Of a stretch of 64,000 nucleotides of DNA, positions 12,325 through 24,192 are shown one piece after another. A program made the translations under genes and the position numbers. The notes under the pieces were generated by a model. The model was given only the letters and a program-made list of their open reading frames with translations, ran no database searches and was not told the DNA's origin. How positions within the stretch are numbered: position 1 is the first letter of the stretch; the number at the start of each line of letters is the position of its first letter. Source of the stretch: Plasmodiophora brassicae (taxonomy: Eukaryota); assembly GCA_036867785.1 (NCBI GenBank), contig CP145409.1:558001-622000 (forward strand), in the 5' to 3' direction.

Positions 12325-13455
12325 ATGGCAGCAAAGGGCACCCGAGAGGCGTCGCATGCCGGATCCTGGTATACATCCAGCGGTACTGGAATGCACGCCA
12401 GCGGCGAAACGTCCATTAATTAGCTGCTGATGATCTTCCATCGTTAGGTGACGATCTGCGGACGAGCATCAGTAACTGGTTGGAGCGTGTCCCCCATCAG
12501 GCGCGACCGGGCGTGCGCGCAGTCATTGCGCCCCATGCCGGCTATCGGTTTATGCTCAACACGTGTATGTGTAGTACCGGTTCTGATTCTGACGTGGTAT
12601 TGCAGGTACTCGGGCCCGGTGGCTGCGCATTGCTACAAGCACTTAAAGGAATCGAACCCGAAACGCGTGTTCATTCTGGGGCCATCGCATTACCACGGGA
12701 CGCGTAAGTGCCTGTTGCCCACGTTGACAGCATACGATACGCCATTGGGACCATTGCCCATATGCCAAGATACGGTTGCCGCCCTCCGGAAAACGTCTGC
12801 TTTCGAGATGATGCATCCGGCTATCGACGAACGAGAGCATTCGATCGAAATGGTGAGCAGTGCGACATGGATCGTATATCGTGTACCAGTTATCAACAGG
12901 GACGTTTGACAGCACCTTCCATTTCTTACGCATGCTTTGGGCGCATCCTGCCGTATAGTTCCGATCATGGTTGGCTCGCTGGATAGGGAAGGTCACCGGA
13001 CGTATGGCGATATACTGAGGCCCTATTTCGGTACGTACCTGCTGTGGTTGCTTGCTGAGTAGGGCTATCAATGAAGACATAAATGATGCCCACTAGATGA
13101 CCCGGATAACTTCTTTGTCATATCGTCTGATTTCATGCATTTCGGCGAACGTTTCGGGTACGTCTACTACGATCCCGATCTCGGCAAGGTTCACGAGAGC
13201 ATAACTGCAATCGACCGTCTTGGTATGAATGCAATTGAGACACTGGACCCCGTCGAGTTTGCAAGTTACCTCGACGAATACGGGAACACGATCTGCGGTC
13301 GCCACCCGATCCTCGTCATGCTGCACGCCGTCCAGGGTTCCCGGGACAAGTTATCCATGGAATTCGTCCACTATGCACAGTCCTCGGCGTGCATGACTCT
13401 CAAGGACAGTTCCGTCAGCTATGCTGCCGGCTTATTGCAGCAGATTGGCCCGTGA
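12325..13455 (+). CDS. MEMO1: MEMO1 / AmmeMemoRadiSAM protein B family, multi-exon
   Basis: REASHAGSWY, IAPHAGY|YSG, FILGPSH, EHSIEM|HLPFL, ISSDFMHFG, NTICGRHPI, DSSVSYA. Confidence 0.93.
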
Positions 13456-13754
13456 TCCATCCGTACGCGCTCTTCCGGATTATTATCGTTCACCCATCGA
13501 CGTCGTGTGGCCAGGGCAACGTGCTAGCCCCCACCGACCGTAGTAACATTACGTTCTCAGTACAGGTCTCCTATTTACCGCCTGTCACGGTGGTCCACGA
13601 ACCGTGCGCGGGGCAATGGGTGACACCACGGCGGTCATCGTTATCGTCGCGGCAAAATGTCGGCTGCGTTTTTGATGGGGAGTGCAGTGAACGTCCCCCT
13701 ATTTCCGTTGTCGCGTCTGTGTCGGGATCCGGGAGGACGTTCAGCGGAGCGACG

Positions 13755-15645
13755 ATGATGCAGTGGGCCGGCCGCCGACTGGCCATATCAGTCAGACGGC
13801 ATGCGGTACGATGGTTATATCTGACCATGCGGGATTGGTTATCGTAACGGATGCGATAGGCCGTCGTTGGATCGCACATGCGTGTGCGAACACAGTCGGC
13901 AATGGTGCCGCGTGCCGTCCGGTCGTCATTGCCGAGTGCTAGGTGGCTGTCAACGGGCCCAAAGACCATCAATGTTCCCTCAATGGGCGACTCCATTACC
14001 GAAGGAACCATTTCGTCTTGGAGTGTCGCAGAAGGCGACCACGTCGACGCTGACCAGGTGCCTGTTTATTGAGTCCCCAATTGAATCCGACACTAACATC
14101 GGTGTATGAATATATTAGGTGGTGTGCGTCATTGAAACCGATAAAGTCAGCGTTGATGTTCGCGCGCCGGAGGCTGGTGTTGTATCGAAGCTGCTGGCGA
14201 AAGAGGGGGACGAGATTGCAGTTGGCTCACCATTGTTCGAGATTTCTGCTGGAGATTCACCGGCGCAATCCAAGAAAAGCGAAACGAAAGCAGCGGCGCC
14301 TGCAACGAACGCGCCTGCATCGTCCCCTGGTGGCCCTGCCAAAACTATCAGCGTGCCCTCGATGGGCGACTCCATCACGGAGGGGACAGTGTCAACTTGG
14401 ACTGCTGCTGAGGGAGAGTCTGTTGACGCCGATCAGGTATGGTGCGCATCCTCATAGCCGTTGAATCGCCTATCTGATCGTCTTGGGCAGGTGGTCTGCG
14501 TGATTGAAACGGATAAGGTCAGCGTTGACGTACGCGCCCCAGAAGCTGGGAAAATTGCGAAACATTTGGCAGCATCTGATGAGGTCGTCAAAGTGGGGTC
14601 GCCGCTGTTTGAACTTGTTCCAGGGCCAGGCGCAGGGTCTGCCGCGAAACAATCTCATTCTGAGGGGCGTCCTGCGCCTGAGGCTCCCAAACCAGCGAAG
14701 AGTAGGCCGATTGCGGTTATCGCATTAACAACAGCAGTGTACTAACTGTCTGATCAGAACAAGAGGCATCTCCGAAGAAAGCGCCTGCTGCTAAAGCACC
14801 GGCTGAGACCAAGCCAGCCAAGCAGGTTACGCCAGGGGAGCGGACAGAGAAGCGCGTCCCTATGACGAGGATGCGCATTAGAATTGCTGAGCGTCTCAAG
14901 GATGCTCAAAACACTGCAGCATCGCTCACCACTTTCAACGAAATTGATATGAGCGCATTGATGGCGCTGCGTGCCAAGCACAAGGAGTCGTTCCAGGAAG
15001 TTCACGGTGTCAAGCTTGGGTTCATGTCGGCATTTGTGAAGGCATCGGTCAAGGCTCTGCTTGATCAGCCGGCTGTGAACGCTTACATAGAAGGAAATGA
15101 GGTAATATCGTTTGAGCAGACGGTGTGTCTCAGCTTATAATGTGTTGATCAGATCGTATATCACGACTATTGCGATGTATCAGTCGCTGTGGCAACACCG
15201 ACTGGTCTCGTTGTTCCCGTTCTTCGTAATTGCCACCAAATGTCATTTGCGGAAGTAGAGCAGGCTATTGTTACGCTAGGTACGTTTTCGTTGGCAACGT
15301 GCGTGCACCGGTTTGTAATGCATATCGAATCTAGGCAAGAAGGCTCGGGACGGTCAACTTGCTCTGGAAGACATGGCTGGAGGTACATTCACCATCTCGA
15401 ATGGGGGCGTCTATGGGTCTCTTCTGGGAACACCAATCCTTAACCCACCCCAGTCGGGGATCCTCGGCATGCACGGTATCTTTGACCGCCCGGTTGCTGT
15501 CAACGGCGAAATCAAAATCCGACCCATGATGTACGTTGCGCTGACCTACGATCACCGCGTCATCGATGGACGTGAGGCCGTGACCTTCCTACGCAAAGTT
15601 AAGGACTGCATCGAAGACCCAACCCGCCTCCTGCTTGATTTATAG
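13755..15645 (+). CDS. DLST: Dihydrolipoamide succinyltransferase (2-oxoglutarate dehydrogenase E2), mitochondrial, two lipoyl domains
   Basis: Arg-rich presequence [17 protein letters not shown]; two copies of [12 protein letters not shown]...[13 protein letters not shown]; core [43 protein letters not shown]. Confidence 0.95.
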
Positions 15646-15867
15646 ACGGCACCATGCCCATGCGGATTCGGCAACCAATCCTTCAATATGACACCGTCTT
15701 TTAACCCACCGTTGTCCAGCATGCGCATCGCCGCTGGACAGCATCAGCGACGCGGCTCCAGCAAGTCACAGAGCTGGGGAGTAGAACCTCGAGGTGGTAC
15801 CTAGGGCGATGCCGGTCTGCTAGTTGGTCGAGTGTAGCTCGTGCACTGAATTGTCCCGCCCTCGCAT

Positions 15868-16455
15868 ATGTCGAAGAGCGGGCCAGCCGTGTTCTTCAAT
15901 GCCAAACAGCTGCGGGAGGCGGAGATGGAGGCGCAGGACTTAATCATATACCGGCACCATCCCGATGCGGTCGAGAGGCTTCGGCAGCTGGAAGAGCAAC
16001 TGTTGGATGACAGCGCACCAACGGCCACACAATCTGCGCTCTACGTGGCGGGAGATGTGCTCAAGCACGTCGCAAACTGCGTCAGCGACGTCAAGGAGAT
16101 CCAGCGCTTAACCCGTGCGCTGGACCTCCTGCAATACCGGTATCGTTCGGCGATTGTGTCGGCAAAGGACGCGGGTAATCTGAACTACCAATGCAGGCTG
16201 TCCGCCTTATCACATGCGGTGGATAATGGAGCGGGTATCTTTCTAATCGCAGTGTGCTCCGAACCGGATGCGGTGGTGCCCGAAACGTCGGAGCTCGCCC
16301 CGGCTGAAATCACGTTGCGGCTTCGAGGGATTTTCGCAGAGCTGAAGCGGTTCCTCGTTGCCCGCATTGCTATCAAAGACGTCTGCAATATCCTGGAAAC
16401 CATGTCAAGGACGAGCGTGAAGCCGAGTGTGGTCAGCGGGGAGCCAACTCAATAA
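15868..16455 (+). CDS. Hypothetical helical protein (195 aa)
   Basis: Intronless ATG-initiated ORF with protein-like composition; no family recognised. Confidence 0.55.
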   Translation: MSKSGPAVFFNAKQLREAEMEAQDLIIYRHHPDAVERLRQLEEQLLDDSAPTATQSALYVAGDVLKHVANCVSDVKEIQRLTRALDLLQYRYRSAIVSAKDAGNLNYQCRLSALSHAVDNGAGIFLIAVCSEPDAVVPETSELAPAEITLRLRGIFAELKRFLVARIAIKDVCNILETMSRTSVKPSVVSGEPTQ

Positions 16456-16487
16456 TGCATTAGGTGAGCACGTTGGCCAGCATCGCC

Positions 16488-17143
16488 TCAACACTGCCAT
16501 CGGAGCAGTTCCGACATTGGCAACTGGACCTGGCTGGTGTACCCTCGAAGGAGCACGCTCTTCCGATAGTGGTTCAACTTCCTGCCATCCTGGGATTGTC
16601 GATAGTTTTGCTGCCAACGCTGCTGGATCGCCTCTTGCGAATTGGGGTGGCCGGGGCGCAACGGACGTACTTGTCGGGCAGTCTGGCTGCCCTCCCTCGG
16701 TACCCAACCCGACGTAGACATCGGCGCCGATTCGCAACGCGCTAGGGTCTTTGTCGGAGGTGACTGTCCCTCCCTGGGTTTCTGTGGTACTTCCCTGATC
16801 GCCGTAGGGCAGTCACCCCTCGCGGTCTGGGGTCCATTTCGAGGCGTCATAAGATCTTGGTAAGTCGTCCTAACCTAACCGTCAACGTGCAAGTTAGATT
16901 ACAGCATCAGGCCAACGCGCCACCACGAATCCGCACCTGTTTGTAACCATGTTGAGATGGCAACTGTAGAAGGCTGGCAACGGTCTTAAATTTGGGCGAA
17001 CCGTCATCCTGTGATGGACGTCGCGGCTGGCATCGTGCACGTTCCAGCCGCAATCTGTGCTGGAACGCTCCCTTCACAGCAGGATCCTGCAACTGCCGAA
17101 CGACACGCTCCTCCACCGCCACCACCATCGTCGACCTCTCCAT
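16488..17143 (-). CDS. Hypothetical multi-exon protein (may be the 3' part of the 17276..17836 gene)
   Basis: A TACTAAC branch point and CAG acceptor precede 17143. Exons 16907-17176 and 16488-16850 can be joined by a GT-AG intron. Confidence 0.35.
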
Positions 17144-17275
17144 ATGCTGTGTTAGTACCCCCGCGTGATCTTGCACGGGCTAGAAGTGACCCATTGAATG
17201 TGAGCAAGGGACGAAGGCGATGGAAACTGTATGGAGTACTCTGGTATCGAAGGAAATAGGGTGCAAGCGAAATAG

Positions 17276-17836
17276 CTAGGTGAATATTCCGTCGCAATCT
17301 GGTATGTGGCCGAGGAACCGAAGTTTCCTGTCGTGCGGAATGTCGAGCCAGAACCTGGATTGCATGAAGGCGTCCTTTGAATTGAACCCCAGTATTGCTG
17401 TGATCGAAGACGGGTCGTTGGGATCGCGCGACCGGATGAAGACGTAGTCCTTCTCCTGGCATAACAGCTCCCAGATGAACTGTTCATCGTTGACTTGGCC
17501 GACGCATGCTCGCTCCCCGTTCAGCCAGACGCAGCCGGGCCCAGCGTTCGTCGAGTTGAACGTCAGGACGGGATCCTTCTCGCACGGCATCGTGTACTGA
17601 AACTTCAACTGGTTGTTCTTCAGTGCGTAGAACCCGATCTCCTCGTCCGCCTGCAGCTCGATGAATAGGCCATCGTCTGGCTCCCGACTTGCCGTCACGA
17701 CGACACCGTCCCGACAGCTGATCGACACGGGCACGTCGCTGGCGCACACGCCACCCAGCACGCCGATCACGATGACCGCTAACGGCACCATTCCGAACCA
17801 AACCCTCCCAACCATACCGAAAATGACGTCGCCCAT
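17276..17836 (-). CDS. Hypothetical secreted protein
   Basis: Hydrophobic leader VPLAVIVIGVLGGVCA followed by a Cys-containing beta-rich region. Confidence 0.55.
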   Translation of the reverse strand: MGDVIFGMVGRVWFGMVPLAVIVIGVLGGVCASDVPVSISCRDGVVVTASREPDDGLFIELQADEEIGFYALKNNQLKFQYTMPCEKDPVLTFNSTNAGPGCVWLNGERACVGQVNDEQFIWELLCQEKDYVFIRSRDPNDPSSITAILGFNSKDAFMQSRFWLDIPHDRKLRFLGHIPDCDGIFT

Positions 17837-18148
17837 TGTCTTTTGCACTTACGTAGGCCGAAGCGGGTGGGGGGCCCCTCAAGCTACGCCGATTTTGGTT
17901 CGGCACTGCAGGCCTACTACAATCGTCCGTACCGCCCCACCCCGGGACGCAGACGGCAGCAAAGGGCTTCAGTTTCTGCCGGCTTGATTTCATCAAACAA
18001 GTAGCAGACTAGATCGCACACGGGGGAAGTGCCCGGGGTGGACAATGGGGGCTTGTCCGCTCGACGCGTGCCCTGCGATGGCGTCCGAGAGGTGGGCCCC
18101 GACAACAGACCCGATTTTGCGTCTGCACGGATTCTGACGCGTTTATTC

Positions 18149-20645
18149 ATGGCGGCAGGCCCGGCGCGCGCTGATGATGGGGGCGGCGACGACCGGCGCC
18201 GCTCGTGGTGGCACGGCGACCATGGGTCTTTGCGCGAGCTGCTGGTGCACGTCGGAGCATTCGCCGCGTTAGCGTCCGTCGCGTGGATCGTCGGCCACCT
18301 CGCTGAGCAGCGCAAGAGGCGCAAGACGCTGATTCTGGCGTTGACGTCACCAAACTGTCGAAACCGGGAAGGTCGCATATCGTGGCTTCGATTGGTCTCT
18401 ACACCATAAGTACTAACACGTTCGGTGTTGCAGAGGAAACCGTGCCAGACTATGCCGAAGTTCCCGGCAGTCCATCGCATTTGTATCATTCAGGACAAGC
18501 GAAGCTCTTCTCAGAGAAGTTGCAAGCACAGACACAGAAGTCGAGGTACGGCTCACGGGTTCCTGTTGAAGGCCATGCGTTAAACAGAGTAATCGCCATA
18601 GCCAAGTGATCAACGAAATATACGTCCACCCTGTGCCGAGGCTATCGGATTACTTGCCCGACATCGAATACTATGACAACAGGTTCTTCCGGACCCGGAC
18701 AGGGACAAACTCTCGGCGCGGCTATTGTGTGGCCGTCAGTGATGGCCAAGGTTGGTTGCCTCTATGGGATATACACGTGCATCAGGGCTGATGTGCCACT
18801 AGTGGTCCTGAGTGACCTTGTTCGAACCCAAGAACACAGTCGTGGCACGGCTTTCGTTCGCGCTGGCCCTCGCAGCGAGATCGTTTTTCGTCCAACCGAG
18901 GCAAGGTCTATCTGTCGTCGTCGGCATTTTCTCACTGAAAGAACGTACACAGGTTGTTGCGTGCATTGTCACTTGCGGGGGACTCTGTCCTGGTCTGAAC
19001 GACGTTATTCACGAGCTTGTGGAGATGCTCCACTGTAGGGTCGGGGGTGTTTTTACAAGTATGATTCAGCTAACTGCTGTGTAGACAACTATAGCGTTGA
19101 CACAGTGTACGGAATCCGATTTGGATATCGAGGATTCTACGATCCAGACTTCCTGCCGTACTTGAGGCTGACACCTGCCGTCACACAGGCTTTTCACAAA
19201 ACAGGCGTATGTATTATCCACGAAGTAGTATCGTTCACGGTCTAATCCTTGTGTCCCAGGGAACCATGCTAGGCTCCTCTCGTGGTGGGTTCGACCTCGG
19301 TAGGGGGCCTTGGCAAATAACCAGGGCTGCGTGAATGAACGTTTGTTAAGATAAGATTCTCAATGCGATCAAGGAGCACGATATCAGTCAAATCTACATT
19401 ATTGGAGGCGACGGCACTCATCGTGGGGCAACAGCCATATATGATGTCAGCTGGACAAGGTTCCTTATGGCTAAAGCCGCGGTCTCACGGTTGCCATACA
19501 GGAAGTTCGTCGTCGCAAGCTCAAGATTTCAGTTGTCTGCATACCCAAAACAATAGACAACGATATCGGGATCATTGATAGGTAGGCCTGATGATCTAGA
19601 CCGATCTTGATTGTTTTTAATTCATCTTCGTAGATCGTTCGGGTTTAACACCGCTGTAGAAGAGGCCCAAAAGGCTATAGCAAGTGCTCGAGTGGAGGCT
19701 GCCTGCGTTCCTAAAGGAATTGGCCTGGTCAAGCTCATGGGACGCTATGCGGGTTTCATCGCTGCACACGCTACCCTTGGTAGGGTGTCTGTCGTCACAT
19801 GATGTTGGCTACTTCCGAACATTTCCATCAGCGAGCCAAGAAGTCGACTTGTGCCTAATTGCAGAGATTCCTATTCAACTTGAAGGTGATCAAGGTATCC
19901 TCAGTCATATCAAACGAGGTACATCTGAATCAAGAGATATGTTACGTGGTCTAACTTCACATTTGTAGCAATTGAAAAGAATGGTCACTGTACTATTGTC
20001 CTTGCCGAAGGTGCTGGTGGCAACCTGTTACAGGTAGCGTTGGCGCTGGCAATGGACCTTTAGCGGACCCTGATCGTTAGCAGAAATCTGACGTCCGAGA
20101 CGCCAGCGGAAATTATATTCCTGAAGACATCGGAGTGTACTTGAAGAAAGTATTGAAAGATCACTTCAGATCTATTGGCACGGAAGTCTCGATCAAGTAC
20201 AACGATCCATCGTACATGATCCGCAGCGTGCCAGCCAACGCATCCGATGCCATTTACTGCATGATCTTGGCGCAGAATGCAGTGGTTTGTTCCAGCTCTA
20301 CTAGCATTGAAGATATCCGTCCTAACGTCCTGTTCTGTAGCACGGTGCAATGGCTGGCTACACCGGATTTACATCCGGCCTCGTGAACAATCGAACAGTA
20401 CTTCTACCTATCAATCTGGTACGTATATCATGGTACTATTTCTTTTAAGATGATGAACCGCGTCGTTTCCAAAGGTTACTGAATCCAGTCCCACGTTCCT
20501 GAATCCGAATGGACATACCTGGTTCGATTCACATCACTGGACGCACGTGCGATCTGTAGTTGACAGATTGATCAGGGAGCGGGTTGTGCGCACAACTCAT
20601 CAACCGTTCGTGACAAGCATCACACCGGTGCCGACCAGCGTCTGA
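18149..20645 (+). CDS. PFK: ATP-dependent 6-phosphofructokinase (plant/protist group X type), many exons, N-terminal hydrophobic helix
   Basis: [93 protein letters not shown]. Confidence 0.93.
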
Positions 20646-20807
20646 CCGTCATGTGCTCGCCATGAAGAATACACGACGGTGTGTCGGTATGGCCAATTCG
20701 TACGTATGACAACCGCCTATCCTGTACGAGTAGATACGAGGTTCGGATCCGTCGTCGTTCGTCAGTTATCGGCGATGTATTTAAGGCTCTGACATCTACG
20801 GGCCGTG

Positions 20808-21163
20808 CTACGAAGCAGACTGTGCCAACGTAGGACTGAGCGAATGAAAAGCGAGCTGGCATATTTGGTGTACCGACCTCGCCTTTCGCTGCCTGCTGTT
20901 CTTGTTTCGCTTTGTGCTCCTTTTCTTTCTCGGCCAGGGCCATGTAGCGGATTTTCTGCAACGACTTTGAAACGACGATATATGCACATAAGATGGTGCC
21001 ATTCGCCCACCAGCTTCCTGTGATAAAGGCACTCCATGTAATCATCGCGCTCGAGAATACAATCCTTATGCGGGACAGTCGCACTGCGAAGGCACTTGGA
21101 GTACGCGTTCCAGAACAGGAAGCAACGCCCCGTCGATCCGTGTGCTCCAAGCCCAGAGGACAT
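20808..21163 (-). CDS. NDUFS5: NADH:ubiquinone oxidoreductase 15 kDa subunit (NDUFS5-like)
   Basis: MSSGLGAHGSTGRCF.FW..Y..C...DC..ERDDYMECL.H twin CX9C pattern; two short introns. Confidence 0.82.
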
Positions 21164-21620
21164 CGCTGGTCCACTTCAAGCCACAATCGCTGCCAACGGC
21201 GATCACCCGTCACCGGCTCCCCGCAATGCCGTCTAGAGCAACAGTCCTTCACAGAATTTTGCTTCTCCCGTCCCGTGCAAGTTGCATTTTTGCAGGCCGA
21301 ATTTTGTTACAAACATCACTCCATAGCATGTGTTGACCCTTGACCGTATCTTTCACCTCTTTGCGGCAGTTGTTGGGGTAGCTACGTTCATGATGACTGC
21401 AGATTATACAAGTTCCACGTGGGGAATATTCGTACCAATGTAGGATACAATTAGAAGAGCGCTTGGTGAATGATCGGTGACCCCGCGCCAAGCCCGCCAA
21501 GGAAGCATTTTGAAAGGCGTGGTGCCTTGCGGAGTCCGTACGGACCGCGGAGTGGAACCCCGAACGCGCCGTCGGTGACTGACCTGAGGGCAGCAGACTG
21601 TGGCAAGGTCACCCAGAGGA

Positions 21621-24011
21621 ATGTCGATTCAGATTAACGTCAGTACTGCTCAGCGCCAAACGTATTCGAGACCCGTGGACGATGCCGAAGGCAACAACAA
21701 GAAGCGGCACCGTTCCAACGGTAAACCTGGTCCTTGGAGTGCGTCACAAGCGGGCTCACTTCCGAAGATCAAGCGTAACAGTAGCAACGCGGGATCTGAT
21801 GGCCACCTGTAGTAACGCATTGGTTTAGGTGCAATTCCAGTGGAGGTGGCGAACGTAACGGAACTGGAGAAGCTTCGTAATCGCGGAGACTGTTCGTCAC
21901 TTTTTGCTCGTGATGCAGAGGGATTTGAAGCCATTGGGATCAGCAATGGCATTGCCAAGCAGCTTGACGAGAAGCTTCAGATTTCGAAACCAACTCAGGT
22001 CCAGAGTTTATCCATTCCTCACCTTCTGAAAGGAGGCGACGTCCTGGTACAGTCCCAGACTGGCTCAGGAAAGACTCTAGGTTTGCTGCTGATGCGACTA
22101 CTGCATTTAGCTGTTACTTACTTTGCGACAGCGTTTCTGTTACCGATCCTGAACAGTCTCGTGGCAGAATCTCGACCTCGAGTTACGCGAGAGATGGGAA
22201 CGCTTGCGCTCGTCCTGAGTCCAACCCGTGAACTGTGTCTTCAGACGCATGCCGTCTTCTCCAGGTTAACCCAGCGATATCCTCAGATAGTTGCCGGTGT
22301 TGTCATGGGTGGGCAGAAGATGAAATCCGAGAAAGCGTCGCTCCGCAAAGGTTCGTACCACAGTCGGATGGGCGGAATGTCTCTTGTAACATTGTTTGCA
22401 GGCGTCACGGTCCTGGTTTGCACTCCTGGCCGCCTGCTTGATCATATTCAGAATACGGCCGCCTTTAACATATCAAACTGTGAGTTCTTCATCCTTGACG
22501 AAGCCGACCGGCTGCTCGATCTGGGGTTCGAGAAAGATCTTCAGGCCATCTCTGACGCACTGAAAGCGACGACGAACATCAACCGTCTGCAATGTGCGTT
22601 GTTCTCTGCAACGCTGGACAAGCGCGTCAAGAAACTCGGATCGATATTCTTGAAGGATCCTGTAACCGTCGAATGCTCACTTGCGACACGAAACCAGCCA
22701 TCGAACAGTGGCAGTATGCTCGGTGTTGAGGGCGCTGTCGACATTCCGTCTGGATTGATGCAGGGCTACGTAACTGTGCCCGATCGCCTTCGGTTGGTTG
22801 CATTGTGTTCATTCCTGCGATGGAAGATCAGAACCTACTCAGGTGGTATCCGTTACGCGGGCGCTTGGTGTATGATCTGACTGGCTGCCAGGTGGTGACG
22901 ATTTCAAGGCCATTGTGTTTGTGTCCACGTGCGACCAAGTGGAGTTTTATCATCAGTTGTTCACGTACGCGTGCTGGCCTCCTCAAGCGGATCCAAACCA
23001 GCAACTTGAAGAAGGGGACCAGGAACTCGTTGGCGAGTTTGTGGATCAGCTGCGTGATCCGTTGATACCTGCACCCTTGTTCAAACTTCACGGCAGCATG
23101 AGCGCGCAGGAACGCAACCAAGGTCTCGCGTTGTGTATTGCCTGTCGGTCTACAGAACGTGCTGACTGTGTCGAAGTGTTCTCCCAGTTCAGGAAGTGCA
23201 AGGGTGGAGTTCTTTTGTGTACCGACGTGGCAGCTCGTGGACTCGACCTACCGTCGCTTGACTGGATCATCCAGTTCAACCCGCCTGCCGATTTCGCGGA
23301 TTACATCCACAGAATTGGGCGAACAGCTCGACTTGGGAGGCGTGGGAGGTCGTTGATAATTCTGTCCCAGCCGGAGGCGAAGTTCGCTACGACTCTTCAA
23401 GAAAACCACATCAAGTTGGATAAGCTAGACTGTACCGACCTTCTCCGCACGCTGCAGCAAGAAACCCAACAACAGGTTCGGTCTCCCCATGGACGATTGG
23501 CGTTCGGGTTCTCATCGATGTGTGCTTGTAGGACCTAGGAGATTGCACGTATGCCAGCATGGCCAAGCAGTTCGTCCGTCTTGTCGAGATCGAACCCAGT
23601 CTGAAGGTGCTCGGGGCGTCGGCGTTCACGAGCTATATGCGGGCCTATGCTGCTTATCCCCGGGCGCTTCGCTCAATCCTCAGTGCCCACAACTTGCATC
23701 TCGGTACGTGTTGTTGCCGATAGGGTTTCGTGTTGCAATCCTAATCGCCTATAGGTCATGTGGCATCGAGCTTTGGTCTGCGCGAACCGCCTTCGCGTAT
23801 TGCATCGAAAGCCAAGCAACCTGTCGCGGCTCAAGATGACGCTGACCAAACCCTGAGAAAACGTGCTGGGCGGCCAGAAGCGTCCCAGCACGGCAGGAAA
23901 TGGCTTGGAGCGGTTGGCGATGGCACCCGCAGGCCAGTAGGTCGTAACAGCATGAAAGGACCTTTCAGACTACCCGGCAACAACAATTCTATGTCCGAAT
24001 TCGCTGCATAA
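21621..24011 (+). CDS. DDX31: DEAD-box RNA helicase DDX31/Dbp7
   Basis: PTQVQ, SQTGSGKT, PTREL, KSEKASLRKG, TPGRLLDH, DEAD, SAT, KLHGSM, TDVAARGLD, HRIGRTAR, C-terminal LHL.GHVASSFGLREPP and SEF ending. Confidence 0.92.
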
Positions 24012-24192
24012 ATGTATGGTTTGACGGCAGACGCTTCGCGGGCGACAGTAGGTCCACTCTGTCCGGACGCGTCTGCGAACAGTGCAGCATGCAGAGGCAG
24101 GAACGGATAACGGACCGTAATGGCCATTGTCGCCGCGAACGTGAAATGTGCGGCGCCCACGCCAGAGCCCAGAATCGCGTCCGGACCGCGCG

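Noticed and set aside
20521-20560. tRNA T-loop-like GGTTCGATTC (a similar motif occurs at ~47320)
   Set aside because: Both lie in spliceosomal introns and lack a cloverleaf context.
21260-21600. Sm-site-like AATTTTG motifs and a box C-like ATGATGA suggesting an snRNA/snoRNA
   Set aside because: No U1, U2, U4, U5, U6 or U3 signature found; more simply the divergent promoter region of NDUFS5 and DDX31.
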